44,976 bases of DNA from assembly GCA_947305875.1 (NCBI GenBank), contig CAMZEW010000001.1, positions 1-44,976 on the forward strand. The letters are read 5' to 3'. The stretch's first letter is position 1, and every line of letters begins with the position of its first letter. Of this stretch, positions 1-9,341 are shown one piece after another. The position numbers and the translations under genes are program-made. Under the pieces are notes generated by a model. It saw only the letters and a program-made list of their open reading frames with translations, made no database searches and was not told the DNA's origin. This stretch comes from an uncultured Lachnoclostridium sp. GTDB taxonomy: Bacteria; Bacillota; Clostridia; Lachnospirales; Lachnospiraceae.

Positions 1-123
1 GACCGGTTCAACATCGGGTTGGATCTCGTCGTCATTGCAAGAGGAACGGCAAAGGGCAGAACCTATCAGGAGATTGCCGATGCGGTGTCGCATTTGGCGC
101 AGCTCCATAACATCGTATTATGA
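1..123 (+). CDS. rnpA: RNase P protein component, C-terminal fragment (5' end lies outside the window)
   Basis: Frame 1 is open from base 1 to TGA at 121-123 (...[33 protein letters not shown]). The stop overlaps the yidD ATG (ATGA). The order rnpA-yidD-yidC is canonical. Confidence 0.75.
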   Translation, partial: DRFNIGLDLVVIARGTAKGRTYQEIADAVSHLAQLHNIVL

Positions 124-332
124 AATTCTTATTACTTGGTTTAATTCGTTTTTATCGTAAGTATCTGTCCGGGCTGAAGGGAAGGTCCACCTGTATCTAT
201 ACGCCCACTTGTTCCGAATATGCAATGGAAGCCATTGAAAAGTACGGAGCCATCAAAGGAAGCTATCTTGCCGTAAGGAGGATTCTCCGCTGCCATCCTT
301 TCCATAAGGGTGGATACGATCCCGTACCTTAA
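120..332 (+). CDS. yidD: Membrane protein insertion efficiency factor YidD
   Basis: 70 aa with the hallmark [10 protein letters not shown]...C.Y.PTCSEYA..AI.KYG..KG..L...[15 protein letters not shown]. Confidence 0.93.
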   Translation: MKFLLLGLIRFYRKYLSGLKGRSTCIYTPTCSEYAMEAIEKYGAIKGSYLAVRRILRCHPFHKGGYDPVP

Positions 333-347
333 TTAGGAGGACCATTC

Positions 348-1772
348 ATGAATTTTATATTTCTGGGCCAGGTGACCGGCATTCTTTCGCCGTTTGCCTG
401 GATTTTAGGTAAGATTCTGAATCTTATCTACCATTTGGTCGAGTGGATGGGAGTTCCGAACATTGCTTTATGTATCGTACTCTTCACCATAGTGATCAAA
501 ATGCTGATGCTTCCTCTTACGATCAAGCAGCAGCGCACGGCCAAGGTTTCCGCCAAGATGCAGCCGGAGATCCGGGCCATTCAGGAGAAATACCGCGGGG
601 TTGACCGGAGCGACCGGAATGCGATGATGCGCATGACGGAAGAGCAGCAGGCGGTCTACCGCAAGTACGGCACAAGCCCGTTCGGCGGATGCCTTCCCCT
701 GATTCTGATGTTTCTGATAATCTTTGCCCTGTACCGCGTAATTTATGCGATTCCTTCGTATGTTTCTTCGGTAAAGGACATGTATCGCCCGATTTCCGAG
801 AGTTTTATGCAGGGAGTTGCCGGCGGTGAAGAACTCAGCGAAAATTATACGGACGCCCTTAAGGAGCTGCTTTCTTACGAGAAGGCATCCATCCGGGACA
901 GCAGCACCAGAAAAGCCAAGAAGTGGAACGAAGACCAGCTGATTGACGCGCTTTCCGTGCTTAACACTTCCGCATGGGATCGTTTTCTCGGCGGCGAACC
1001 GATTTACAAAGAAGATAAGGTCAACGAGACCAAGATTGAGGACGACAGTTACAAGAACTGGAATGCTCTCGTAAAAACGGAAGCCTTTCAGAATTTCATT
1101 AACCGGTCCGAGGTCAGCGAAGCAAAAGAAAAAGTGCTTCAGGTTAACAGCTTCTTCGGGAAGTACAGCGTACTGGATCCGCCCGGCTGGAAGCTGACGC
1201 CGATGCTTCTGATTCCGATACTTGCCGCGGTGCTTCAGTATCTGCAGACGAAGCTTTCCATGTCCTTACAGAAGAACAAGGACTCGAAAAACCAGGAAGC
1301 AGGCAATATGGCCGGCGGCATGGAAGGAATGATGAAGATCATGCCGGTTATCTCCGGTATCTTCTGCGTGTTTCTGCCTCTCGGCGTAGGCATTTACTGG
1401 GTTATGAACTCCGCTGTTTCCATTGCGCAGCAGGCAGCCATCAACAAACGTCTTGATAAGATCAGCATCGATGATATCGTTGCCGCGAACGAGGCGAAGG
1501 AAACCGAGCGCATGAAGAAGATGGGTGTTGTATCCCGCGGAAACGAAATGTCCGAAATTGCCAAGACAAGCACGAAAACCATTGCCGGTTTCTCCGGCTC
1601 GGGTGACAATAAGAAAGCGGCAGACAACGACCGCCGTCCTGCGCAGAAGGTTTCCGACCGGAAGCGCGACGAGATTGCGAAGAACGCCGCCGAAGGAAAA
1701 TCCAACATCTCGGCCATTGCGAACCTGTTCCGTAATGATGATGCCGACGATGCGAAGAAGGAGGATGAATAA
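348..1772 (+). CDS. yidC: YidC/Oxa1-family membrane insertase (long form, 474 aa)
   Basis: AGGAGG sits 7 nt upstream of the ATG. The conserved core is present (LPLTIKQQRTAKVSAKMQPEIRAIQEKY..., GCLPLILMFLIIFALY, PLGVGIYWVMNSAVSIAQQ). Position after yidD is as expected. Confidence 0.9.
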   Translation: MNFIFLGQVTGILSPFAWILGKILNLIYHLVEWMGVPNIALCIVLFTIVIKMLMLPLTIKQQRTAKVSAKMQPEIRAIQEKYRGVDRSDRNAMMRMTEEQQAVYRKYGTSPFGGCLPLILMFLIIFALYRVIYAIPSYVSSVKDMYRPISESFMQGVAGGEELSENYTDALKELLSYEKASIRDSSTRKAKKWNEDQLIDALSVLNTSAWDRFLGGEPIYKEDKVNETKIEDDSYKNWNALVKTEAFQNFINRSEVSEAKEKVLQVNSFFGKYSVLDPPGWKLTPMLLIPILAAVLQYLQTKLSMSLQKNKDSKNQEAGNMAGGMEGMMKIMPVISGIFCVFLPLGVGIYWVMNSAVSIAQQAAINKRLDKISIDDIVAANEAKETERMKKMGVVSRGNEMSEIAKTSTKTIAGFSGSGDNKKAADNDRRPAQKVSDRKRDEIAKNAAEGKSNISAIANLFRNDDADDAKKEDE

Positions 1773-1774
1773 TC

Positions 1775-2728
1775 ATGGCAGTCAAAGAATATACCGGCAA
1801 GACGATTGACGAAGCGAAAACCGCTGCCGCGGCCGAACTCGGAATTGCTGCCGATGAACTCGTATATGAAGTAATCGAAGAGGACAAGGGCGGTTTCCTC
1901 GGACTCTTCAAGACCTGCAAAATTGCGGTAACGGTTGCAGATGCCGTTTCGGAACTCAGCAGTGCGGTTGCGGAAGCAATCGGCGAAGTAGCGGAATCGG
2001 TTGCTCCGGTTTCCGGCGAAGTTCCTTCCGAAGTGGCAGTCGATTTTATCCGTAAGGTTCTTTCCGAACTCGGTTTCACTGCTGAAATCTCCGCATATGT
2101 TGAGGAAGAGGAAGGCAATATCTATATTAACGTTGAGGGCGACGACATGGGAACCCTCATCGGAAAGCGCGGACAGACATTAGATGCTCTTCAGTATCTG
2201 ACCAGTCTTGTCGTAAACCGCGTATGCAATCAGTATTATAAGATTAAGCTTGATACCGAGAATTACCGCGAGCGCCGCAAGGAAACGCTTGAGAACCTTG
2301 CCCGCAATATCGCGAACAAGGTCAAGAAGACCCGCAGAAACGTAGCTCTTGAGCCGATGAATCCTTACGAGCGCCGCATTATTCATTCCGCTTTGCAGAA
2401 TGATAAGTACGTGGAAACCCACAGCGAAGGCGAGGAGCCTTACCGCAAGGTTATCGTTTCCATGAAGAAGGGCGTCGTTTACGAGGGCAACCGCGGATAC
2501 GGACGCGGCGGATACAACCGCGGCGGCTACGGCAACAAGGGCGGATATAACCGCGGCGGTTATGGCAATAAGGGCGGCTACGGATACGGAAACAAGCGTC
2601 CGCCGAAGCCCCGCTACAATGATAATTCGAGCGATTACAGCCAGGATTACATGAAGGATTACGCAGCCTACAAGGAAGCGCGGGCAGCCGAGAAGGCACA
2701 GGAAGAACAGAACAACAACAATAACTGA
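1775..2728 (+). CDS. jag: Jag/KhpB RNA-binding protein (Jag_N, KH and R3H domains) with a Gly/Tyr/Asn/Arg-rich C-terminal tail
   Basis: The KH region reads IGKRGQTLDALQYL and the R3H region LEPMNPYERRIIHSALQ. The gene follows yidC and its SD lies within the yidC 3' end. Confidence 0.88.
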   Translation: MAVKEYTGKTIDEAKTAAAAELGIAADELVYEVIEEDKGGFLGLFKTCKIAVTVADAVSELSSAVAEAIGEVAESVAPVSGEVPSEVAVDFIRKVLSELGFTAEISAYVEEEEGNIYINVEGDDMGTLIGKRGQTLDALQYLTSLVVNRVCNQYYKIKLDTENYRERRKETLENLARNIANKVKKTRRNVALEPMNPYERRIIHSALQNDKYVETHSEGEEPYRKVIVSMKKGVVYEGNRGYGRGGYNRGGYGNKGGYNRGGYGNKGGYGYGNKRPPKPRYNDNSSDYSQDYMKDYAAYKEARAAEKAQEEQNNNNN

Positions 2729-2787
2729 TAAAGAAGAAGGGAGAGGAATGAGATTTCCTTCTCCCTTCCGGTTTTTTAAGGGGACAT

Positions 2788-4191
2788 ATGAGTACCGACA
2801 CGATTGCCGCCATTGCCACCGGGCTTACCGCCGGCGGCATCAGCATTATACGAATCAGCGGACCGGAAGCAATGCGGATTGCGTCCGGCCTGTTTCGCGT
2901 CGGAAAGAAGGAGAATCTTTCGGTTCCCGATATGAAGCGTTGGGAGAGCCATACGGTTCATTACGGATATATTGCAGATGGAGGGCGGATTGTCGACGAA
3001 GTCATGCTTCTTTACATGAAGGCCCCGAAGACCTTCACAAGAGAAGATACCGTTGAAATTGACTGCCACGGCGGAATCGTTGTAACAAAACAGATTCTTT
3101 CGCTTGTTCTTGCAAACGGCGCACGCCTGGCAGAACCGGGAGAGTTTACAAAGCGGGCGTTTTTAAACGGCCGGATTGACCTTTCCCAGGCGGAAGCCGT
3201 GATGGGGATTATCTCCGCGAAGAACGACCTCGCGCTCCGTAATTCCGTAAAGCAGCTCCGCGGCAAGCTCCGTGCCCGCATCCTTTTAATCCGCGAGGAG
3301 ATTCTGAATGCCGTTGCGGAAATCGAGGCTGCGCTTGACCAGCCGGAATACTATACGCTGGAAGGCTTCCGTGAGAAACTCGGCGGCAGTCTTACCGTGC
3401 AATGCGCGGAGATCCGCCGGCTGATTCAGTCTGCGGAAGACGGTCGCATGATGAGCGAAGGCATCCGTACCGTGATTCTCGGAAAGCCGAATGTCGGCAA
3501 GAGTTCCCTGATGAACGCGCTTCTTGACGAGGACCGAGCCATTGTTACGGATATTGCGGGGACGACACGCGATACGTTAAGCGAAGAAATTCGCGTGAAC
3601 GGGATTTCGCTGATTCTTGTGGATACTGCGGGTATCCGGAGTACCGATGATCCGGTCGAGGAAATCGGTGTCAGAAAAGCGCGCGAACAGGCCGAAGAAG
3701 CCGATCTGATTCTTTTCGTCGCGGACGCTTCGATGCCGCTTGACGAAAGGGACCGCGAAGCCCTTCTCGGCAGGAAGAATGCACGCGTTCTTGCGTTACT
3801 GAATAAGTCGGACCTTCCAGGCGTGACGACAGCGGACGATGTCCGGAGCTTCCTTTCGGAGGTTTCCGTTGACGCAGAAGTGCTTCCGGTTTCCGCTAAG
3901 GACGGAAGCGGTCTTAGTGAACTCCGCGAGAAGATTTCGGGAATGTTCTTCTCAGGCGAGCTTCTTTCGGACGACGAGGTTGCCATTACGACCGAACGAC
4001 AGAAGGAATGCCTTTTTGAAGCGCTTTCGAGTTTGGAACATGTGCTTGATGCACTTCAGGCCGGAATGCCCGAAGACTTTCTTTCCATTGATCTGATGGG
4101 AGCTTACGGTGCATTGTCCCGGATTCTCGGCGAAGAAGTCGATGAGGATTTGATTAACCGTATTTTTGAGCAGTTCTGTCTCGGCAAATGA
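2788..4191 (+). CDS. mnmE: tRNA modification GTPase MnmE
   Basis: G1 motif GKPNVGKSSLMN, G3 motif DTAGIR, NKSD, and the C-terminal FCLGK signature. Confidence 0.95.
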   Translation: MSTDTIAAIATGLTAGGISIIRISGPEAMRIASGLFRVGKKENLSVPDMKRWESHTVHYGYIADGGRIVDEVMLLYMKAPKTFTREDTVEIDCHGGIVVTKQILSLVLANGARLAEPGEFTKRAFLNGRIDLSQAEAVMGIISAKNDLALRNSVKQLRGKLRARILLIREEILNAVAEIEAALDQPEYYTLEGFREKLGGSLTVQCAEIRRLIQSAEDGRMMSEGIRTVILGKPNVGKSSLMNALLDEDRAIVTDIAGTTRDTLSEEIRVNGISLILVDTAGIRSTDDPVEEIGVRKAREQAEEADLILFVADASMPLDERDREALLGRKNARVLALLNKSDLPGVTTADDVRSFLSEVSVDAEVLPVSAKDGSGLSELREKISGMFFSGELLSDDEVAITTERQKECLFEALSSLEHVLDALQAGMPEDFLSIDLMGAYGALSRILGEEVDEDLINRIFEQFCLGK

Positions 4192-4202
4192 GAGGGCTAT
4201 AG

Positions 4203-6128
4203 ATGAGTACGATTCCGGAATTTACAACCGATTCTTACGATGTGGCAGTCATCGGAGCCGGCCATGCCGGCTGTGAGGCGGCCCTTGCTTCCGCACGCCT
4301 CGGATGCGAGACAATCTGTTTCATGGTCAGTACCGACACGATTGCGATGATGCCGTGCAACCCGAATATCGGCGGCACGAGCAAAGGCCATCTGGTCCGC
4401 GAAGTCGACGCACTCGGCGGCGAGATGGGAAGAAACATCGATAAGGCATTTATCCAGAGTAAGATGCTGAACCGCTCCAAGGGACCTGCGGTTTATTCGC
4501 TTCGTGCTCAGGCGGACAAGCAGAAATACAGCAATTGCATGCGCGCGGTGATGGAGAATACGCCCCACCTTACGCTCCGTCAGGCAGAGGTTTCCGAGCT
4601 TCTATACGAGGAACTTCCCGACGGAACAAAGCGCGTCACCGGAGTGAAAACCGTATCCGGTGCAATCTATCCCTGTAAGGCGGTTGTGCTTTGCTCGGGT
4701 GTTTATCTGAACGCACGATGCATCTTCGGCGAAGTCAGCACTTATACGGGTCCGAACGGCACGCCGCGGGCCACGCATCTGACTGATTCTCTGCTTGCTG
4801 CAGGGATTGAAATGTACCGCTTTAAGACCGGCACGCCTGCACGGATTGATAAGCGGACGATTGATTTCTCGGCGATGGAAGAGCAGCGCGGGGACGACCC
4901 GATTGTTCCGTTTTCCTTTACGAACACACCGGAAGAATTAGAACGCGAACAGGCGCTTTGCTACCTTGCTTATACGAACGAAGAAACGCACCGGATTATC
5001 CGTGAGAACATCGGCCGGTCGCCGCTTTTCTCCGGCGACATCAAGGGCTCCGGGCCGCGGTACTGCCCTTCGATAGAAGACAAGGTTGTGAAATTCCCGG
5101 AGAAGGACCGACACCAGATATTTATTGAGCCGGAGGGAGAATACACGAACGAAATGTATCTGTCCGGCATGTCGTCAAGCCTTCCCGAAGAAGTTCAGAT
5201 TGCAATGTACCGTTCGGTTCGCGGCCTTGAAAATGCGAAGATTGTCCGGAATGCCTATGCCATCGAATACGACTGCATCAATCCGATGCAGCTCTATCCG
5301 ACGCTTGAATGCAAGAAGATTCACGGTTTCTTCAGCGCCGGCCAGAGCAACGGAAGCAGCGGCTATGAAGAGGCTGCGGCGCAGGGTATTATCGCGGGCA
5401 TCAATGCTTCCCGTTACGTGCAGGGGAAGGAAGGCATCACGCTTGACCGTTCGCAGGCATACATCGGCGTTCTGATTGACGATCTGGTTACGAAGGAAAC
5501 GCACGAGCCTTACCGGATGATGACGAGCCGTGCGGAATACCGTCTGCTCCTTCGTCAGGATAATGCGGACCTCCGCCTCACGGAAATCGGGCATGAGATC
5601 GGACTTGTTTCCGAGGAGCGGTACGCGAAGTTCTGCGCAAAGAGACAGGCAATCGAAGATGAGTTAGAAAGGCTCTCGCTTGTTGTCCTCGGGGCTTCCG
5701 AAGCGGTTTGCAAAACGCTTTCCGGACTCGGCACGGCAGAGATTCATACGGCGACATCGCTTCTTGAACTTCTGCGAAGACCCGAGCTTTCTTATGAAAG
5801 TCTTGCTCCGCTTGACCCGGACCGTAAGCCGCTTCCTGGGGATGTCATCGAGCAGGTCGTTATCAATATCCGTTATGAAGGCTACATTCAGCGGCAGCTG
5901 CAGCAGGTAGAGCATTTTAAAAAGCTTGAGAACCGGCGCATCCCGGAGGGCTTTGATTATGATGCGGTTCCGTCGCTCCGACTTGAGGCAAGACAGAAAT
6001 TAAAGCTGTTCCGTCCGGTAAATGTGGGGCAGGCTTCCAGAATCAGCGGCGTCTCGCCGGCCGATATATCCGTGCTTTTGGTCTTTTTGGAGCGTATGCT
6101 TCGGGAGGAGGGCAGTAAGCATGTATGA
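4203..6128 (+). CDS. mnmG: tRNA uridine 5-carboxymethylaminomethyl modification enzyme MnmG (GidA)
   Basis: N-terminal FAD motif [21 protein letters not shown]; 641 aa, matching GidA length and order. Confidence 0.95.
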   Translation: MSTIPEFTTDSYDVAVIGAGHAGCEAALASARLGCETICFMVSTDTIAMMPCNPNIGGTSKGHLVREVDALGGEMGRNIDKAFIQSKMLNRSKGPAVYSLRAQADKQKYSNCMRAVMENTPHLTLRQAEVSELLYEELPDGTKRVTGVKTVSGAIYPCKAVVLCSGVYLNARCIFGEVSTYTGPNGTPRATHLTDSLLAAGIEMYRFKTGTPARIDKRTIDFSAMEEQRGDDPIVPFSFTNTPEELEREQALCYLAYTNEETHRIIRENIGRSPLFSGDIKGSGPRYCPSIEDKVVKFPEKDRHQIFIEPEGEYTNEMYLSGMSSSLPEEVQIAMYRSVRGLENAKIVRNAYAIEYDCINPMQLYPTLECKKIHGFFSAGQSNGSSGYEEAAAQGIIAGINASRYVQGKEGITLDRSQAYIGVLIDDLVTKETHEPYRMMTSRAEYRLLLRQDNADLRLTEIGHEIGLVSEERYAKFCAKRQAIEDELERLSLVVLGASEAVCKTLSGLGTAEIHTATSLLELLRRPELSYESLAPLDPDRKPLPGDVIEQVVINIRYEGYIQRQLQQVEHFKKLENRRIPEGFDYDAVPSLRLEARQKLKLFRPVNVGQASRISGVSPADISVLLVFLERMLREEGSKHV

Positions 6129-6843
6129 TGACACAAGGCTTAAGGAAGGCCTGACCGCCCTTTCGATTCCTTTTGATGACGAGAAGATTTCGAAGCTGCA
6201 CCGTTATTATGAGCTGATGGTTTCGAAGAATCAGGTTATGAACCTGACGGCGATTACGGATTATGACGAAGTTGTCGTTAAGCATTGGCTTGACAGCTTA
6301 TGTTTTGTTAAGGCATATCGCGGCGAAAAGGACGCCCGTCTGATTGACATCGGGACCGGCGCAGGATTCCCGGGCATTCCGATTAAGATATTCTGTCCCG
6401 AGCTTGAGGTCGTGTTGCTCGATTCGTTGCAGAAAAGAGTGGTTTTTCTACAAGATGTTGTCAGTGAGCTTGGTCTAACCGCAATATCCTGTATTCATGG
6501 GCGTGCGGAAGAGTTATCACGCAAGGAAGATTATCGGGAAACTTTCGATTACGCTGTCTCGCGTGCGGTTGCAAGGCTTGCATCCCTTTCCGAGCTCTGC
6601 ATTCCTTTTGTCAGGCCCGGCGGACGCTTTCTTTCCTACAAGGCTGACGGTGCAGACGCCGAAATTTCGGAAAGCCGTTATGCCGTTACAACACTTGGCG
6701 GACGCGTGGGAGAGGTTTTAAACTACGACATTCCCACGAGTGACCTTCCCAGAAAGATGGTTGTCATCGAGAAAACCTCCCAAACGCCGCCGAAATATCC
6801 TCGCGGCGGCGGCAAACCGATGAAGGCCCCGCTTTTGAAATGA
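6121..6843 (+). CDS. rsmG: 16S rRNA (guanine527-N7)-methyltransferase RsmG (GidB)
   Basis: SAM motif [17 protein letters not shown] chose the internal ATG at 6121 ([10 protein letters not shown]...), which overlaps the mnmG stop by 8 nt. The ORF-track start at 6022 lies inside mnmG. Confidence 0.88.
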   Translation: MYDDTRLKEGLTALSIPFDDEKISKLHRYYELMVSKNQVMNLTAITDYDEVVVKHWLDSLCFVKAYRGEKDARLIDIGTGAGFPGIPIKIFCPELEVVLLDSLQKRVVFLQDVVSELGLTAISCIHGRAEELSRKEDYRETFDYAVSRAVARLASLSELCIPFVRPGGRFLSYKADGADAEISESRYAVTTLGGRVGEVLNYDIPTSDLPRKMVVIEKTSQTPPKYPRGGGKPMKAPLLK

Positions 6844-6848
6844 CAAAA

Positions 6849-6864
6849 TGTTTCACGTGAAACA
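6849..6864. promoter_or_regulatory. parS: parS centromere-like site (perfect 16-bp palindrome TGTTTCACGTGAAACA)
   Basis: Matches the Firmicute parS consensus TGTTNCACGTGAAACA. It lies in the rsmG-parA intergenic region. Confidence 0.85.
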
Positions 6865-6945
6865 TTTCATATTTGTGTGGAACTATTCGGGAAAGTGTGA
6901 TATACTTTCGAGTGCACACCTTTATTACCGATATAAGAGGTACCT

Positions 6946-7746
6946 ATGGCAAAGATAATTGCAATTTCCAATCAAAAGGGCGGCGTCGGCAAGACTACGA
7001 CGGCCGTTAATCTTTCGGCCTGCCTTGCAGAATTCGGCATGAGCGTTCTTTTGGTTGATATCGACCCGCAGGGAAATGCCACGAGCGGGCTCGGCGTCGA
7101 GAAAAACCGCGAGGCAGCGAATACCTACCGCGTGCTGATCGGCGAGAAGCCGATTGAAGACGCGATTGTCCATACCGCGTTCGTCGGACTGGACGTCGTT
7201 CCGTCCACGGTGGATCTTGCCGGAGCCGAAGCCGAGCTGCTTTCCGCGGATGACCGCGAGTATATACTCCGTGAGGAACTGAAGAAGGTTTCTTCGCGGT
7301 ATGACTATATTGTTATTGACTGTCCGCCGTCTTTGAACATCCTTGTTCTGAATGGACTTTGTGCTGCAGACACAATGATCTGTCCGCTCCAGTGCGAATT
7401 TTATGCGCTCGAAGGCCTGTCACAGCTCCTTGAGACAGTCCAGATGGTACAAACCCGCCTTAATGACAATCTGACGTTCGGCGGAATTCTCTTTACGATG
7501 TTCGACGGACGTACGCGTCTTTCCGCCCAGGTTATTCAGAATGTACAGCAGACCCTGCAGGAACATATATTCCGCACGGTAATTCCGCGGTCCGTCCGCC
7601 TTTCCGAAGCGCCGAGCTACGGAGAGCCGATTACGCAATATGACCGCCGCTCCGCCGGCGCGGAAGCGTATCGGAATTTTGCCCGCGAGATTCTCGCAAT
7701 CGACGGGCGCAAGGCCAAGGTTCGCAAACACAAAGCGTTTCGCTGA
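6946..7746 (+). CDS. soj: ParA/Soj chromosome partitioning ATPase
   Basis: Deviant Walker A motif NQKGGVGKTTTAVNL, plus IDCPPSL. Confidence 0.93.
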   Translation: MAKIIAISNQKGGVGKTTTAVNLSACLAEFGMSVLLVDIDPQGNATSGLGVEKNREAANTYRVLIGEKPIEDAIVHTAFVGLDVVPSTVDLAGAEAELLSADDREYILREELKKVSSRYDYIVIDCPPSLNILVLNGLCAADTMICPLQCEFYALEGLSQLLETVQMVQTRLNDNLTFGGILFTMFDGRTRLSAQVIQNVQQTLQEHIFRTVIPRSVRLSEAPSYGEPITQYDRRSAGAEAYRNFAREILAIDGRKAKVRKHKAFR

Positions 7747-7770
7747 CGAACGGATTAACGGAGGTTACTT

Positions 7771-8670
7771 ATGGCAGCTAAAAAGGGACTCGGAAAGGGC
7801 CTGGAATCCTTGATTTCGAACCGCCTTGACCGGGAAGTAAAGGAAGCCGTACAGAAAAAAGACGATAAGGTTTCACGTGAAACATTTCTTCCGATCGGCA
7901 AGGTTGAACCGAATCGGAATCAGCCGCGCCGGATTTTTGACGAAGACGCACTCAAGGAACTTGCGGATTCCATCCGCATTCACGGCATCATTTCGCCGCT
8001 GATTGTCCGGGAGAACGGCGACTTCTACGAAATCATTGCCGGTGAGCGCCGCTGGAGAGCGGCCAGAATGGCCGGATTAAAGGAAGTACCGGTTCTTGTC
8101 AAGAATTACGAGCCGCAGGAGCTTTTCGAGATTGCCCTGATTGAGAACCTGCAGCGCGAGAACCTGAACGCCGTCGAAGAAGCGGTTGCTTATCAGAAAC
8201 TGATTAAAGAATTCAAGCTGAAGCAGGAAGATGTTGCCCGCCGCGTAGGCAAGAGCCGTGTTGCGGTAACCAACGCGCTTCGCCTTCTGAAGCTTCAGGA
8301 AGATGTACAGCAGATGCTGATTGACGGGACGATCTTCGCCGGCCAGGCCAGGGCGCTTCTTGCCATTGAAGACGGCAAGATGCAGTCTGCTGCCGCCAAG
8401 AAGGTGGTTGACGAGGGAATGAGCGCCCGCGAGACGGAAGCTTATGTCAAAAAGCTTCTTACCCCTGCGAAGCCGAAAGAGAAAGAAGCGAAGAATTCTT
8501 CCGAAGAAGCCGTATACCGCCGTTACGAAGAGAACCTGAAGCGGTGTCTCGGTACGAAGGTTGCCATTAAGAGAAGCGACCGCAACAAAGGAAAGATTGA
8601 GATTGAATACTACTCCGCCGAGGAGTTTGAACGGCTGATGGACCTTCTCGGGGTTCCCGGCATAAACTAG
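7771..8670 (+). CDS. spo0J: ParB/Spo0J chromosome partitioning protein
   Basis: ParB box IIAGERRWRAA, HTH region QEDVARRVGKSRVAVTNALRLLKL, and GGAGG SD. Confidence 0.93.
   Translation: MAAKKGLGKGLESLISNRLDREVKEAVQKKDDKVSRETFLPIGKVEPNRNQPRRIFDEDALKELADSIRIHGIISPLIVRENGDFYEIIAGERRWRAARMAGLKEVPVLVKNYEPQELFEIALIENLQRENLNAVEEAVAYQKLIKEFKLKQEDVARRVGKSRVAVTNALRLLKLQEDVQQMLIDGTIFAGQARALLAIEDGKMQSAAAKKVVDEGMSARETEAYVKKLLTPAKPKEKEAKNSSEEAVYRRYEENLKRCLGTKVAIKRSDRNKGKIEIEYYSAEEFERLMDLLGVPGIN
7869..7884. promoter_or_regulatory. parS: Second parS-like site inside the parB coding sequence (GGTTTCACGTGAAACA, 15/16)
   Basis: Identical to the 6849 site except at the first base. An intragenic parS in spo0J is known from Bacillus subtilis. 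Confidence 0.7.
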
Positions 8671-8695
8671 AGAAACAGAGAATCTGGAGGAGAAT

Positions 8696-9205
8696 ATGTT
8701 TGAAGACTTGGGAGTAAACTCCGACTACATGATTTTGGCCATACTGATCATGCTGCTTCTGTTGCTCTTCTTTAATATGGTTATGGTGTTCAAGTATAAC
8801 CAGATTAAAGACCGTTATCGCGATTTTATGCGGGGCAGCAGCGGAAAGAGCCTGGAAGAAAGGTTCCTCGTCCGCTTTAAGCAGATCGATACGCTGAACG
8901 ACCGGCTGGACGATACAATTGACCGCGTGAAGCTTTTGGAGGACGCGCGCGACACCTCGTTCAAGAAAATTGCCATTCACCGTTATGACGCTTTCGCCGA
9001 GATGGGCGGAAAGCTCAGCTACAGCCTCTGCCTTCTGAATGATGACAACGACGGCTTCATCATGACGAGCATGCATAACCGGGAGGGCTGTTATACATAC
9101 GTGAAGGAAGTCATCAAGGGCAACACCTTTGTCATTCTCTCGGAAGAAGAACGTCAGGTTCTGGAGGAGGCGCAGACTTCCATCGAGGCGATTCAGTCGC
9201 TTTAA
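8696..9205 (+). CDS. Small membrane-anchored protein, DUF4446-like
   Basis: GGAGG SD. An N-terminal TM segment (ILAILIMLLLLLFFNMVMVF) is followed by a helical segment and the core IAIHRYDAFAEMGGKLSYSLCLLNDDNDGF. The position directly after parB is typical of this family in Clostridia. The family name is recalled from memory, not searched. Confidence 0.7.
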   Translation: MFEDLGVNSDYMILAILIMLLLLLFFNMVMVFKYNQIKDRYRDFMRGSSGKSLEERFLVRFKQIDTLNDRLDDTIDRVKLLEDARDTSFKKIAIHRYDAFAEMGGKLSYSLCLLNDDNDGFIMTSMHNREGCYTYVKEVIKGNTFVILSEEERQVLEEAQTSIEAIQSL

Positions 9206-9341
9206 TGACGCTCACAAAACCAGGGGTCTCTCAGAGACGATATTAAAATCGAATTCGGGCAAACCCTAAAGAGCAGAGAAAAGAATCGCAGACAAGATAT
9301 TAAAATATCGCATTATTTTATTTAGAAAGTTCGTTTAAGAA

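Noticed and set aside
6022-6120. The upstream extension of rsmG, and similar N-terminal extensions in the track for the DegV, XRE, MscS, CE15, DUF3795, GT2, CopA and PBP ORFs.
   Set aside because: The extensions overlap the preceding gene or promoter and lack an SD. In most of these genes (DegV, XRE, MscS, CE15, GT2) an internal ATG with a good SD aligns with the family N-terminus. The SDs are weaker for DUF3795 and copA, and none is visible for the PBP gene or was checked for rsmG.
6865-6945. Possible DnaA boxes / oriC in the rsmG-parA spacer (for example TGTGGAACT).
   Set aside because: The match to TTATCCACA is only partial and there is no cluster. Given the gene order, the origin is expected upstream of rnpA/rpmH, outside the window.
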